This document shows, piece after piece, positions 47,262 through 55,414 of a stretch of DNA of 64,000 bases. Numbering within the stretch: position 1 is the stretch's first letter; each line of letters starts with the position of its first letter. The stretch covers positions 41,368 through 105,367 of the forward strand of contig JAVZGN010000002.1 in NCBI GenBank assembly GCA_038872135.1. Direction: 5' to 3'. Origin of the DNA: Candidatus Hadarchaeales archaeon. Lineage in GTDB: Archaea > Hadarchaeota > Hadarchaeia > Hadarchaeales > Hadarchaeaceae. Both the position numbers and the translations under genes were made by a program. The notes beneath the pieces were generated by a model. That model ran no database searches, was not told the DNA's origin, and worked only from the letters and a program-made list of their open reading frames with translations.

Positions 47262-48251
47262 ATGGAAGTTTGTATGGAATATGATTTTGAAGAAGAGCGA
47301 GTGAAAAAATTTCTGAGAGAGAATAGTGCGAAAAAAGCAGCGGTGCAGTTGCCATCTGGGCTGAAAAGTTACTGGAGAGAGATAGCAGAGACATTTCATT
47401 CTGCTGGCGTTGAGCCGGTTTTGATGGATAGCTGCTACGGGGGGTGTGATATCGCAGATGCCGCGGCAAAACAGATGGGGTGTGATGTTCTTGTCCACTA
47501 TGGTCACGCGGATATCGGACTAAAGGCGTCTCTCCCAACGCTGTACATAGAGGCGAGAGTGGTTGGATGCGATATGGGTGGTGTAAGGAGCCTGCTGGAA
47601 AAAATGAATGGAGAGAAAGTGGGACTTCTGACCACAGTTCAATTCATCGATTACCTCGACACCGTGAAAAAGATCGGCCGAGAATGTGGTGTTGAATTGC
47701 TTATCGGCGCCCCTGGATCCAGAACAAAATATCCTGGGCAGATCCTCGGATGCGACTTCAGCTCCGCTAGGAACTTGAAGGAAGAAGTGGGGGTCTACCT
47801 TTACATGGGGACCGGGGAGTTCCACCCACTTGGCGTCTCTATTGCAACAGGGAAAAAAGTCGTGGCGTTTGATCCAATATCTTCAGCTACAAAAGAAATC
47901 ACCGGAGAAGAGTTTCTGAGAAAAAGAAAAGCGACGATCACCATGGCTGCGATGGGGGAAAAGTTTGGTGTTGTCACCAGCACAAAACCTGGCCAATGGA
48001 GAATCGCAACAGCCAGAAGGGCTGTGGAGCAGCTGAGGAAAAGCGGAAAGCTGGCGGAGCTCCTTGTGGTGGATGAAATCACCCCCGAGACCGTGGGAGA
48101 TTATCGCTTCGACTGCCTCGTCTGCGCCGCATGCCCCAGAATTCCGATAGACGACCAAGACAGGTTTGAGGTGCCCATCATCACTCCCTGGGAAATGAAG
48201 GTAATGCTGGGACAGGCACAATTTTCACCCTACCAAATGGATGAGCTTTAG
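47262..48251 (+). CDS. dph2: 2-(3-amino-3-carboxypropyl)histidine synthase (diphthamide biosynthesis, radical-SAM-like Dph2)
   Basis: 329 aa. Three-domain Dph2 pattern with conserved Cys (DSCYGGCD, ILGCDFS, CLVCAACPRIPID). Confidence 0.85.
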   Translation: MEVCMEYDFEEERVKKFLRENSAKKAAVQLPSGLKSYWREIAETFHSAGVEPVLMDSCYGGCDIADAAAKQMGCDVLVHYGHADIGLKASLPTLYIEARVVGCDMGGVRSLLEKMNGEKVGLLTTVQFIDYLDTVKKIGRECGVELLIGAPGSRTKYPGQILGCDFSSARNLKEEVGVYLYMGTGEFHPLGVSIATGKKVVAFDPISSATKEITGEEFLRKRKATITMAAMGEKFGVVTSTKPGQWRIATARRAVEQLRKSGKLAELLVVDEITPETVGDYRFDCLVCAACPRIPIDDQDRFEVPIITPWEMKVMLGQAQFSPYQMDEL

Positions 48252-48305
48252 AGGATTGGGAGCTAAAAGGATTTAATACCTAACTGTTGAGGGGAATTGG
48301 TCTAT

Positions 48306-48884
48306 ATGGTAGAGGTGAAAACTGGCGACCTGGTTCTGCCCGGAGATCTTCTGGCCACTGTCGAAGAGTTTGTTCCGGGAGAGGGCGTTTACGAAGAGGA
48401 TGGAAAAATCTACTCTGGAGTTGTGGGGATGGTCCTGATAGACATGAGAGCAAAGAAAATCTCCGTTTTTGTGGGACAGAATGCTCCCCCAGTTTTGAAA
48501 ACTGGAGACATAGTGATCGGCAGGATCGATGAGGTAAGAGATCAGTTTGCCTCCGTTTTCCTTGTTGCGATGAGGGGAAAAGAAAACCGGGAACTTCCGG
48601 CACCAAAAACCGGAATAATCCACATCTCCAAGGCCCACACAACATATGTGAGAGACCTCGGGAGACTATTCAGGCCGGGGGATGTCATCAGGGCAAAAGT
48701 GGTGGGAGTTCAGCGGGAAAATATTCAGCTCACGACTGCCGAGCGAGACCTTGGCGTTCTCGTGGCGTTGTGCTCTAGATGCAGAGACATTCTGAAGCGG
48801 GAGGGAGGGAAGCTCGTCTGCCCCAACTGCGGTAGCGTTGAGAGCAGGAAGATTGCTGCAGATTACAGGCAGGGGATGATTTAA
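48306..48884 (+). CDS. csl4: exosome complex RNA-binding subunit Csl4
   Basis: N-terminal domain, S1 domain and C-terminal zinc ribbon (CSRCRDIL ... CPNCG). ATG at 48306 preferred (MVEVKTGDLVLPGD). Confidence 0.85.
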   Translation: MVEVKTGDLVLPGDLLATVEEFVPGEGVYEEDGKIYSGVVGMVLIDMRAKKISVFVGQNAPPVLKTGDIVIGRIDEVRDQFASVFLVAMRGKENRELPAPKTGIIHISKAHTTYVRDLGRLFRPGDVIRAKVVGVQRENIQLTTAERDLGVLVALCSRCRDILKREGGKLVCPNCGSVESRKIAADYRQGMI

Positions 48885-48898
48885 CGGTAAACAGAAAG

Positions 48899-49090
48899 GT
48901 GGAGATCAAGATTTCTGGATCAAAGGAACTTCTGGAGATGGTGAAAGTTTTGCAGGCTCTGAATGTGAATTTAGACGCGGAGTTCAAGGAAGGGAGAATG
49001 GAAGTTATTCTCCACGGCAAGAAGGAAAAGATAAATGAATCGCTGGAAAAGTTAAAGAAGCTTCAGCGGGGAATTAAGAAAGGGGTGTAA
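48899..49090 (+). CDS. small hypothetical protein (63 aa)
   Basis: K/E-rich ORF between csl4 and rpoL. No motif recognised. Could be a small KEOPS/RNAP-associated subunit, but this is not supported by eye. Confidence 0.35.
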   Translation: MEIKISGSKELLEMVKVLQALNVNLDAEFKEGRMEVILHGKKEKINESLEKLKKLQRGIKKGV

Positions 49091-49093
49091 AAG

Positions 49094-49372
49094 ATGGAAG
49101 TCGAAATTCTGGAAAAAGAAAAGGACAGCCGCCTGCTCGGGATAACAGGTGAGGACCACACCCTAGCCAACCTCCTCAGGATAAAGCTTAATGAGGAGAA
49201 GGATGTGGCTGCATCATACACAATGGATCACCCACTTTTGGGAAAGATAAAATTCTATGTGAGGAGTGAAGAGAGAAATCCGGATAAAGTTGTCATGGAA
49301 GCATGCGATAAAATTGTGATGGAGATCGAGGAGTTCAGAGATAATTTTGAGAAGGCCCTTAAAAAGAAATAG
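49094..49372 (+). CDS. rpoL: DNA-directed RNA polymerase subunit L (Rpb11 homologue)
   Basis: 92 aa. EDHTLANLLR motif of RpoL. Confidence 0.85.
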   Translation: MEVEILEKEKDSRLLGITGEDHTLANLLRIKLNEEKDVAASYTMDHPLLGKIKFYVRSEERNPDKVVMEACDKIVMEIEEFRDNFEKALKKK

Positions 49373-49410
49373 GATTTTATCTTCCCGGAAATCTTTAATT
49401 CAGGATCAAG

Positions 49411-50013
49411 GTGAGAGAAGCAAAATTCTGGCAGATAAAACCCGAGATAAGAATTCTCGGGGTGGACGATGGATCCTTCGCTCCGCATATAAGAACCGTG
49501 CCTCTTGTTGCAACTGTTTTCAGGGGGGGAAAGTGGTTTGATGGAGTAATGAAGACAGATATTGCGAAGGATGGAGAGGATGTCACAGAAAAGCTGATTG
49601 CAATGGTGAGGAAGAGCCGCCATCTTGGCCAGCTCAGGGTGATAATGACAGATGGAATAACATTTGGTGGTTTCAATGTCCTCGACGCTAGGAGAGTTTT
49701 CAGGGAGCTGGGGCTTCCCGTAATAGCCGTTTCGAGGAGACGGCCGAACATGGTGGAAATAAAGAGAGCGATTAAGCACCTCCCTGGCTGGAAGAAAAGG
49801 TGGGAAATTCTAAGAAAGACGGGAAAGATCTACAGCGTCAAGACGATGCACAGGGGTGGAGAGATATTCATCCAGCCCATCGGGATAAAAATCGGAGATG
49901 CGAGAAGGATAGTTGAGATGAGTTCTATTAGGAGCTTGATTCCCGAGCCGATAAGAGCGGCCCACATGATCGCCACAGCAATTGCGATGGGGGAGAGTCA
50001 TGGTAGGGTTTAG
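49411..50013 (+). CDS. DUF99 (UPF0215, endonuclease-V-like fold) family protein
   Basis: 200 aa. ILGVDDGSF ... VIMTDGITFGGFNV pattern of the archaeal DUF99 family. Confidence 0.65.
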   Translation: MREAKFWQIKPEIRILGVDDGSFAPHIRTVPLVATVFRGGKWFDGVMKTDIAKDGEDVTEKLIAMVRKSRHLGQLRVIMTDGITFGGFNVLDARRVFRELGLPVIAVSRRRPNMVEIKRAIKHLPGWKKRWEILRKTGKIYSVKTMHRGGEIFIQPIGIKIGDARRIVEMSSIRSLIPEPIRAAHMIATAIAMGESHGRV

Positions 50014-50590
50014 AAAACTTTTGAAAGGATTTCTTGCTCATGGAACTGTAAGGTGGTTTTTGGAACTCCTTCTGACCCTAGGAGTTCTATACTTTGCCAT
50101 GGCCGGGACGATGATTTTGATTTTCAGAACTAATTCCTACTGGATGGGGGTGATCTCTGGGAGCATGAAACATGAAGGTGAAGGATGGAGGGAATATTTT
50201 GAAAATGGGAGGGTGAGAGAGGCCTTCTTGATAGCAGAAGGTGCCCCCGTCTTTTATCAGACGACCTACGACACAAAGAAATTTCCGATTCAGGGAGGTT
50301 TTGAACGCGGAGATCTCCTGATCATTCAGGGTGTGTCTTCTGTGGCCGAGATTTCCGTTGGAGATGTCATCATCATAGACAGGCGCCCGCGCAACCCTGT
50401 AGCCCTCACCCACAGGGTTCTGGGTGTGTGGCAGGAAAATGGGAAGGTGAGATTTACAACAAAGGGGGACCACAATCCATATCTAATAGAGCCTGATGAT
50501 GTCGTCGTCCTGCCTGAAAAGATAGTTGGGAAGGTGATTTTCGTTGTCCCAAAGCTCGGATTCTTCTCCCTCTGGAGCCAGGGAAAATAA
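49982..50590 (+). CDS. signal peptidase I, archaeal (S26/Sec11 type)
   Basis: N-terminal TM anchor. Catalytic-Ser context ISGSMKHE, GDLLIIQG, and TKGDHN box typical of S26 peptidases. Confidence 0.7.
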   Translation: MRWGRVMVGFRKLLKGFLAHGTVRWFLELLLTLGVLYFAMAGTMILIFRTNSYWMGVISGSMKHEGEGWREYFENGRVREAFLIAEGAPVFYQTTYDTKKFPIQGGFERGDLLIIQGVSSVAEISVGDVIIIDRRPRNPVALTHRVLGVWQENGKVRFTTKGDHNPYLIEPDDVVVLPEKIVGKVIFVVPKLGFFSLWSQGK

Positions 50591-50606
50591 AAAGTTGCCT
50601 GTTGTC

Positions 50607-50978
50607 ATGGTGGATGTCGTAATAGTTTCTCAGGATGGAGTTATCTTGGTGAAAAGAAAAAAGGAGCCTTTTAAAGGGAAGTGGGCAATTCCCGGGGGTT
50701 TTGTTGAGTATGGGGAAAGGGTTGAAGATGCTGCAAAGAGGGAGGCCAGGGAAGAAACTGGGCTTGAAGTTGAGATTCTGAGAATTCTCGGGGTCTACTC
50801 AGATCCAGATAGGGACCCGCGAGGGCACAGCGTGAGCGTATGCTATCTCGCAAAACCCGTGGGTGGAGAGCTGCGAGGCGGGAGTGATGCCGCAGATGCC
50901 AGGGTTTTTCGCAAAATTCCATGGAAAAAATTGGCTTTCGACCACGCAAAGATATTAAAGGATGCGGGCTTCAGATGA
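50607..50978 (+). CDS. NUDIX hydrolase
   Basis: Trimmed to ATG 50607 (MVDVVIVSQDG). Nudix box GKWAIPGGFVEYGERVEDAAKREAREETGL. Confidence 0.8.
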   Translation: MVDVVIVSQDGVILVKRKKEPFKGKWAIPGGFVEYGERVEDAAKREAREETGLEVEILRILGVYSDPDRDPRGHSVSVCYLAKPVGGELRGGSDAADARVFRKIPWKKLAFDHAKILKDAGFR

Positions 50979-50982
50979 AACG

Positions 50983-51312
50983 ATGGAATTCTGCAAGAAG
51001 TGTGGATCTCTGATGCTCCCGAGAAAAACCGAAGAAGGGATATTCCTAGAATGCACATCCTGTGGAAAAATTGAAAAAGCGAAAGATACCAAAAACTACA
51101 GGGCGATTGAAAAGAGTGTGGCGGCTGAAAAGGAGATTCCAGTCATTGAAGAGGAAGCTCCCGCCACCCTGCCCATAACAAAGGTTACATGCCCGAAGTG
51201 CGGAAACAACCGGGCATACTGGTGGATCAAACAAACCAGGGCAGCGGATGAACCCTCCACGAGATTCTACAAATGCACAAAATGCGGGAAGGTTTGGAGG
51301 GAGTATGCGTAG
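50983..51312 (+). CDS. tfs: transcription factor S / RNA polymerase subunit M (TFIIS-type zinc ribbon)
   Basis: MEFCKKCGSLM ... CTSCG N-terminal ribbon and C-terminal CPKCGNNRAYWWIKQTRAADEPSTRFYKCTKCG with the acidic hairpin. Confidence 0.85.
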   Translation: MEFCKKCGSLMLPRKTEEGIFLECTSCGKIEKAKDTKNYRAIEKSVAAEKEIPVIEEEAPATLPITKVTCPKCGNNRAYWWIKQTRAADEPSTRFYKCTKCGKVWREYA

Positions 51313-51323
51313 GTGATTTTTCC

Positions 51324-51683
51324 ATGAGCTATCCCCTTTCAACGGCTCCGGCGATTCCAAAAAAGATATCAGAGATTACAGCCTCTTCTGAGAGGGTGAG
51401 GGTCTTCGGAGTTGTTGTCGCCAAGGGGGAGGGGGAGCTTTTGATTGATGATAGATCAGGACAGATAAATGTGGTTTTTGAGGATCCTCAGACGATAAAA
51501 GATGTAAAAGTTCAATCGATGGTGCGGGTCTTTGGCGTCCCAATGGTTACGGAAGAGGGGGTGGAGCTGAGGGGGGAAATCATTCAAAAGCTTGATGGAC
51601 TAAAGATAGAGCTTTATGAAGAAGTGCAGAGGGAATGGAGGAGATTGGAGGAAGAAGTGAGGCGGTTGAGTGGTAAGAGTTAG
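51324..51683 (+). CDS. OB-fold nucleic-acid-binding domain protein, putative
   Basis: ATG 51324. VRVFGVVVAKGEGELLIDDRSGQINVVF resembles tRNA_anti-type OB folds. C-terminal coiled-coil. Confidence 0.4.
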   Translation: MSYPLSTAPAIPKKISEITASSERVRVFGVVVAKGEGELLIDDRSGQINVVFEDPQTIKDVKVQSMVRVFGVPMVTEEGVELRGEIIQKLDGLKIELYEEVQREWRRLEEEVRRLSGKS

Positions 51684-51684
51684 A

Positions 51685-52419
51685 ATGAAGAGCCCGGAAG
51701 TCTGGAAGACATTCGTGAAGTCGGTTGTGAACCTCATAGGAGAGGGGGCTATGAAATTTGAGAGCGATGGAGTGAAGATGAAGGCAATAGACCCCTCCCG
51801 CGCCGTCCTCGTTGACTTCCATCTCAAAAAAGATGCTTTTGAAGCATATGAGGTGAAGGAATCTAAACTTGTGGGGGTGAAATTCGACGAGCTGGAAAAG
51901 GTTCTCTCTAGAGCAAAATCTGATGATGAGCTGATAATGGAGCTGGATGAAACCCAAGGAAAGCTTGCGATAACCTTCAAGGGAGCCTCAACGAGAAAAC
52001 TCAGCATCCCTTTGATCTCTGTGGATGAGAGGGAACTCCCTGAGCCGAAGATTCAGTTCACGGCGGAGGTTGAGGTTACTGGCGAAGTCATCCAGGATGG
52101 ATTGAAGGATGCCGAGATGGTTGGAGAGACAATAAAGTTCATTGTGGATAAAGATGAGTTCCAAATGATCGGGGAGGGAACAGAGGGGAGGTCTGAACTG
52201 AAGCTGTCCAAGGGGGACAAGGGGCTTGTGAAGATATCGGTCCAGCAGCCGGCGAAATCGAAGTTTGGGCTGAAAAACATTGCAGAGATAACGAGGGGAG
52301 TGAAGGGGTCTGATGTCGTCAAAATAAGCCTTGGGACAGACATTCCCCTGCAGCTTGACCTCCCGCTGGAAAATGGAAAGCTGAGATTTTTTGTCGCCCC
52401 CTACATTGATGTTGAGTAG
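51685..52419 (+). CDS. pcn: DNA polymerase sliding clamp PCNA
   Basis: ATG 51685 (MKSPEVWKTFVKSVVNLI...), 244 aa. Two-domain PCNA pattern, with a C-terminal acidic end. Confidence 0.85.
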   Translation: MKSPEVWKTFVKSVVNLIGEGAMKFESDGVKMKAIDPSRAVLVDFHLKKDAFEAYEVKESKLVGVKFDELEKVLSRAKSDDELIMELDETQGKLAITFKGASTRKLSIPLISVDERELPEPKIQFTAEVEVTGEVIQDGLKDAEMVGETIKFIVDKDEFQMIGEGTEGRSELKLSKGDKGLVKISVQQPAKSKFGLKNIAEITRGVKGSDVVKISLGTDIPLQLDLPLENGKLRFFVAPYIDVE

Positions 52420-52463
52420 TTCTGAAAGTTAAAAGCCGACCAGTAGATGATAATCGGGAGAAA

Positions 52464-53750
52464 ATGCTGCCGGGAGAATATCGGGCGGTCATAGATCCTT
52501 TTTCAGAAGAAGCTAGGGAGATTCTCAAGAGTGTCCCCTTGGAGAGCCTGCCAGCCGATGTTGTAGAGATGGCGGTGAAAAGGGTTGGATGGAGTGGAAG
52601 GGAGGGGATGATCGAAGCAAACATCGATGCAATAAAAGCTGATGTTCTCTCCTTTCACCTCATGTGCATGGGGATAGCCTCGGTTTCCCATCCCTACTCG
52701 AGAGAGGTTGCCCTTGCCAGCGAAGCCACAAGAAATGTGATCAGATATAGGGTTTCCAAGCTTTTCGGGATGGGGGAGGAGAAGTTTTGCATAGAAACCA
52801 TGGCAAAATATCTCAACCTGATTGATGTTGAAAAGGGAGAGAAATACAGGGTTGGGGATGCAGAGATTCCAGATGCAGATGTCTTTAGGATCAGAGACAA
52901 AAGGATGGAGAAAGATGGGAAGGAGGTTGATCCGGCATTTCTTTCCTGGTATTTTCCCCGATATGCTGTGAGATGGACAGATCTGGCGCCGATCATGAGG
53001 AGGGGGAAAATAGACCTAACGGACCTTTACCTGATGAATGGATGGGCAGTGCTCACGACCAGAGACCTTTGGGATGTGTATGCCGACTTTATAAGCGTTA
53101 AAACTGAGGAGCATATCCAATCAATTTATGAGAAGATTCAGCCGGCGGGCGAAGGGGGAAGCGCTGGTGAATCTCTCTTCATAGAAGTGGGGGGAAGAAT
53201 CTCTGCCCTAGTTCCGAAAACTTCGAGTGTTGGGGGGTGGTGGGCCGGAGCTGGAAAGCTAAGACCGGAGTTTTTCCCGCCCTGCATCTTGGCAACACTT
53301 GAGGGGGTTGGTAGTGGGATGAGGAACTTTGCTATAACGATGCTGCTGACGACATTTCTCTCTTATGCGAGGGTTGCACCCTCAGGGAAGGTGGTTACAA
53401 AAATGGCTGATTTTATCGACGACATTTCGGTTGTAACAGAGGAGATTGCGCCGATCATCTTCCAGGCGGCCGAGAGATGCAATCCACCCCTGTTTAAAGA
53501 TCAACCACAGGAGAAGGCAAACGTTTTTTACCACATGGGGTTTGGGATGACTACTGCGCCCAAGCTCTCGGACTCTGGAAAATCGAAGTGGTACCGGGTG
53601 CCGAATTGCTCGAAAATTCAGATGTCGACGCCAACGCTTTGTAGGCCGGATGAACTCTGCAGGAGGGTGAAGAATCCCCTCACCTACTACTTCAGGAAGA
53701 AAGCTGAGAGCTTCAGGAGGGGCAGTCAAACCAGTGGTGTCGGGGATTGA
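52464..53750 (+). CDS. priL: DNA primase large subunit PriL
   Basis: 428 aa. C-terminal 4Fe-4S domain cysteines (FFPPCILATLEG ... PNCSKIQMSTPTLCRPDELCRRVKNP). Confidence 0.75.
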   Translation: MLPGEYRAVIDPFSEEAREILKSVPLESLPADVVEMAVKRVGWSGREGMIEANIDAIKADVLSFHLMCMGIASVSHPYSREVALASEATRNVIRYRVSKLFGMGEEKFCIETMAKYLNLIDVEKGEKYRVGDAEIPDADVFRIRDKRMEKDGKEVDPAFLSWYFPRYAVRWTDLAPIMRRGKIDLTDLYLMNGWAVLTTRDLWDVYADFISVKTEEHIQSIYEKIQPAGEGGSAGESLFIEVGGRISALVPKTSSVGGWWAGAGKLRPEFFPPCILATLEGVGSGMRNFAITMLLTTFLSYARVAPSGKVVTKMADFIDDISVVTEEIAPIIFQAAERCNPPLFKDQPQEKANVFYHMGFGMTTAPKLSDSGKSKWYRVPNCSKIQMSTPTLCRPDELCRRVKNPLTYYFRKKAESFRRGSQTSGVGD

Positions 53751-54094
53751 GAAACTCCAGACGGCCTCTCGGTTTTTGTGGTCTTGGTGTCCACTGCGTG
53801 AAGTCTATATGTTTAACTGTGCCGCCCAATAATCTCGGCTCGACCTCCAATCCATTCTGGAGGCTGGCTTGGGACGAGACTGGGTCAGAAGCCCACAGGA
53901 GATGATCAACCATGTCAGGAACTCGAAGAGTTCCTAACACGTTTCGTCCATACGTATTTGGGGGTGCAAAAAATCTGCGCTTGCGTTTTCTCTCCACCGT
54001 GGCCGATAACATCAACCAATGAGAGGGCCGCTATCCTCTGACGCTGATGGATTAAGCTTTGGATGGGATGTGTATTTGTGCCTTTTAACATTAG

Positions 54095-54110
54095 TAAAAT
54101 TTAAATAATG
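54095..54110 (+). promoter_or_regulatory. TATA-like element (aaatttaaata) ~25 nt upstream of the GTG start of the DUF4143 ATPase gene
   Basis: Lies in a ~70-nt, >80% AT island (54060..54130). Spacing is consistent with a leaderless archaeal transcript. Confidence 0.35.
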
Positions 54111-54130
54111 TTAATAATTCTAATATTATT

Positions 54131-55414
54131 GTGGAAAAACAAGAAATAATTCCAAGGGATATTTTAACAAAATTCGAGAAATTGCTAGAAAGACGAGAGG
54201 CTCTTGCGATAAAAGGTCCCCGACAATCGGGGAAGACAACTCTTTTGAAAATCTTGGCGAGAAGACTTGAGAACGCAGGCAAAGTCGTTTTTCTGAATTT
54301 CGAGGACCCCGATGTGCTCGAAGCCTTTGAGAGGGACCCCAAGGGTTATGTGCGGAGCTTCATGCTCGGTCCCGAAAGGCATTACTTCTTGATGGACGAG
54401 TTCCACTACATCAGTGAACCTGGAAAGAAACTCAAGTTACTCTACGACACCTTCGAGAATGCGAAGTTCATCGTCACCGGTAGTTCCTCCCTAGAACTCG
54501 GTGGGGCGATGGCGAAATTTTTGGTGGGTCGAGTGTTTTTCTTTGAGTTGCTTCCCTTCAGCTTCCACGAGTTCCTAGTGGCAAAAAACGAGAGATTGGC
54601 TAAGATTTATGAGAAAAAGAACGAAGCCATCAAAGCCTTCATGCTGGGAGAAGAAGTAGAACTGGAAGAAGATATCTTCGTGAAAGAGCTTGAGCCCCTT
54701 TTCCTTGAGTACCTCACTTACGGCGGCTATCCGGCTGTGGTCTTGGCTAACGATGCGGAGACAAAGCGAATGATCCTGAAAGGCATATACGATACATACA
54801 TTTCCAAAGATGTGATTGAGTTTTTGAAATTCACCGACGCGTTCAAGTACAGAGATACTATCAGGATCCTAGCAGCGTCGGTTGGAGGATTGCTAAACTA
54901 CCAAGCGGTGGGCTCGGCGGTCCAAAGCTACTTCAAGGAGCTGAAGCGGATCCTCTCGATTCTCTCCGAAACGTACGTGATAATCTTGCTCCGACCATTC
55001 TCAAGGAACCCGAGAACCGAGCTAAGGAAAAGCCCAAAGGTCTATTTCTTTGACTTGGGGCTCAGGAACTATGTGCTAAACAATTTTAACCCACTCGACA
55101 GGAGGGCTGATGCCGGAGCGATGGTTGAAAACTTCGTGCTGCTGGAGCTAATGCGTGCCTTCCCAGCTGAGTCCTTAAATTACTGGCGGACGATAGCAAA
55201 AGCCGAGGTAGACTTCGTGCTGAGGGTCGGGGAAAAATTGATACCGATAGAGGCCAAATATCAAAGTTTCGCGGAACCAAAAATCTCAAGAAGCCTCCGG
55301 AGCTTCATCCACACTTACAGCCCAGAGCGCGCTTTGGTTGTGACCCGCGATAGGTGGGCGAGGAGTGAAATTGATGGAACAAAAGTGCTTTTCGCTCCCG
55401 CCTGTTACATTTAA
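54131..55414 (+). CDS. AAA+ ATPase with C-terminal DUF4143 domain (AAA_14/DUF4143 family)
   Basis: 427 aa. Walker A GPRQSGKTTLLK, Walker B FLMDEFHY, C-terminal DUF4143-like region (WRT...EVDFVL). Confidence 0.85.
   Translation: MEKQEIIPRDILTKFEKLLERREALAIKGPRQSGKTTLLKILARRLENAGKVVFLNFEDPDVLEAFERDPKGYVRSFMLGPERHYFLMDEFHYISEPGKKLKLLYDTFENAKFIVTGSSSLELGGAMAKFLVGRVFFFELLPFSFHEFLVAKNERLAKIYEKKNEAIKAFMLGEEVELEEDIFVKELEPLFLEYLTYGGYPAVVLANDAETKRMILKGIYDTYISKDVIEFLKFTDAFKYRDTIRILAASVGGLLNYQAVGSAVQSYFKELKRILSILSETYVIILLRPFSRNPRTELRKSPKVYFFDLGLRNYVLNNFNPLDRRADAGAMVENFVLLELMRAFPAESLNYWRTIAKAEVDFVLRVGEKLIPIEAKYQSFAEPKISRSLRSFIHTYSPERALVVTRDRWARSEIDGTKVLFAPACYI

Noticed and set aside
47197-47538. 5-prime extension of the Nre-like ORF to 47538
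   Set aside because: It would overlap the divergent dph2 start (47262) by ~280 nt. Nre-family proteins begin shortly before the zinc ribbon. The ATG at 47196 fits.
48899-49090. Assigning the 63-aa ORF as KEOPS Pcc1 or another named small subunit
   Set aside because: No diagnostic motif could be matched from memory. Left as hypothetical.
53713-54015. 100-aa minus-strand ORF in the priL-ATPase interval
   Set aside because: No recognisable similarity. Basic low-complexity start (KRKRRFF). Kept only as part of the unexplained interval finding.
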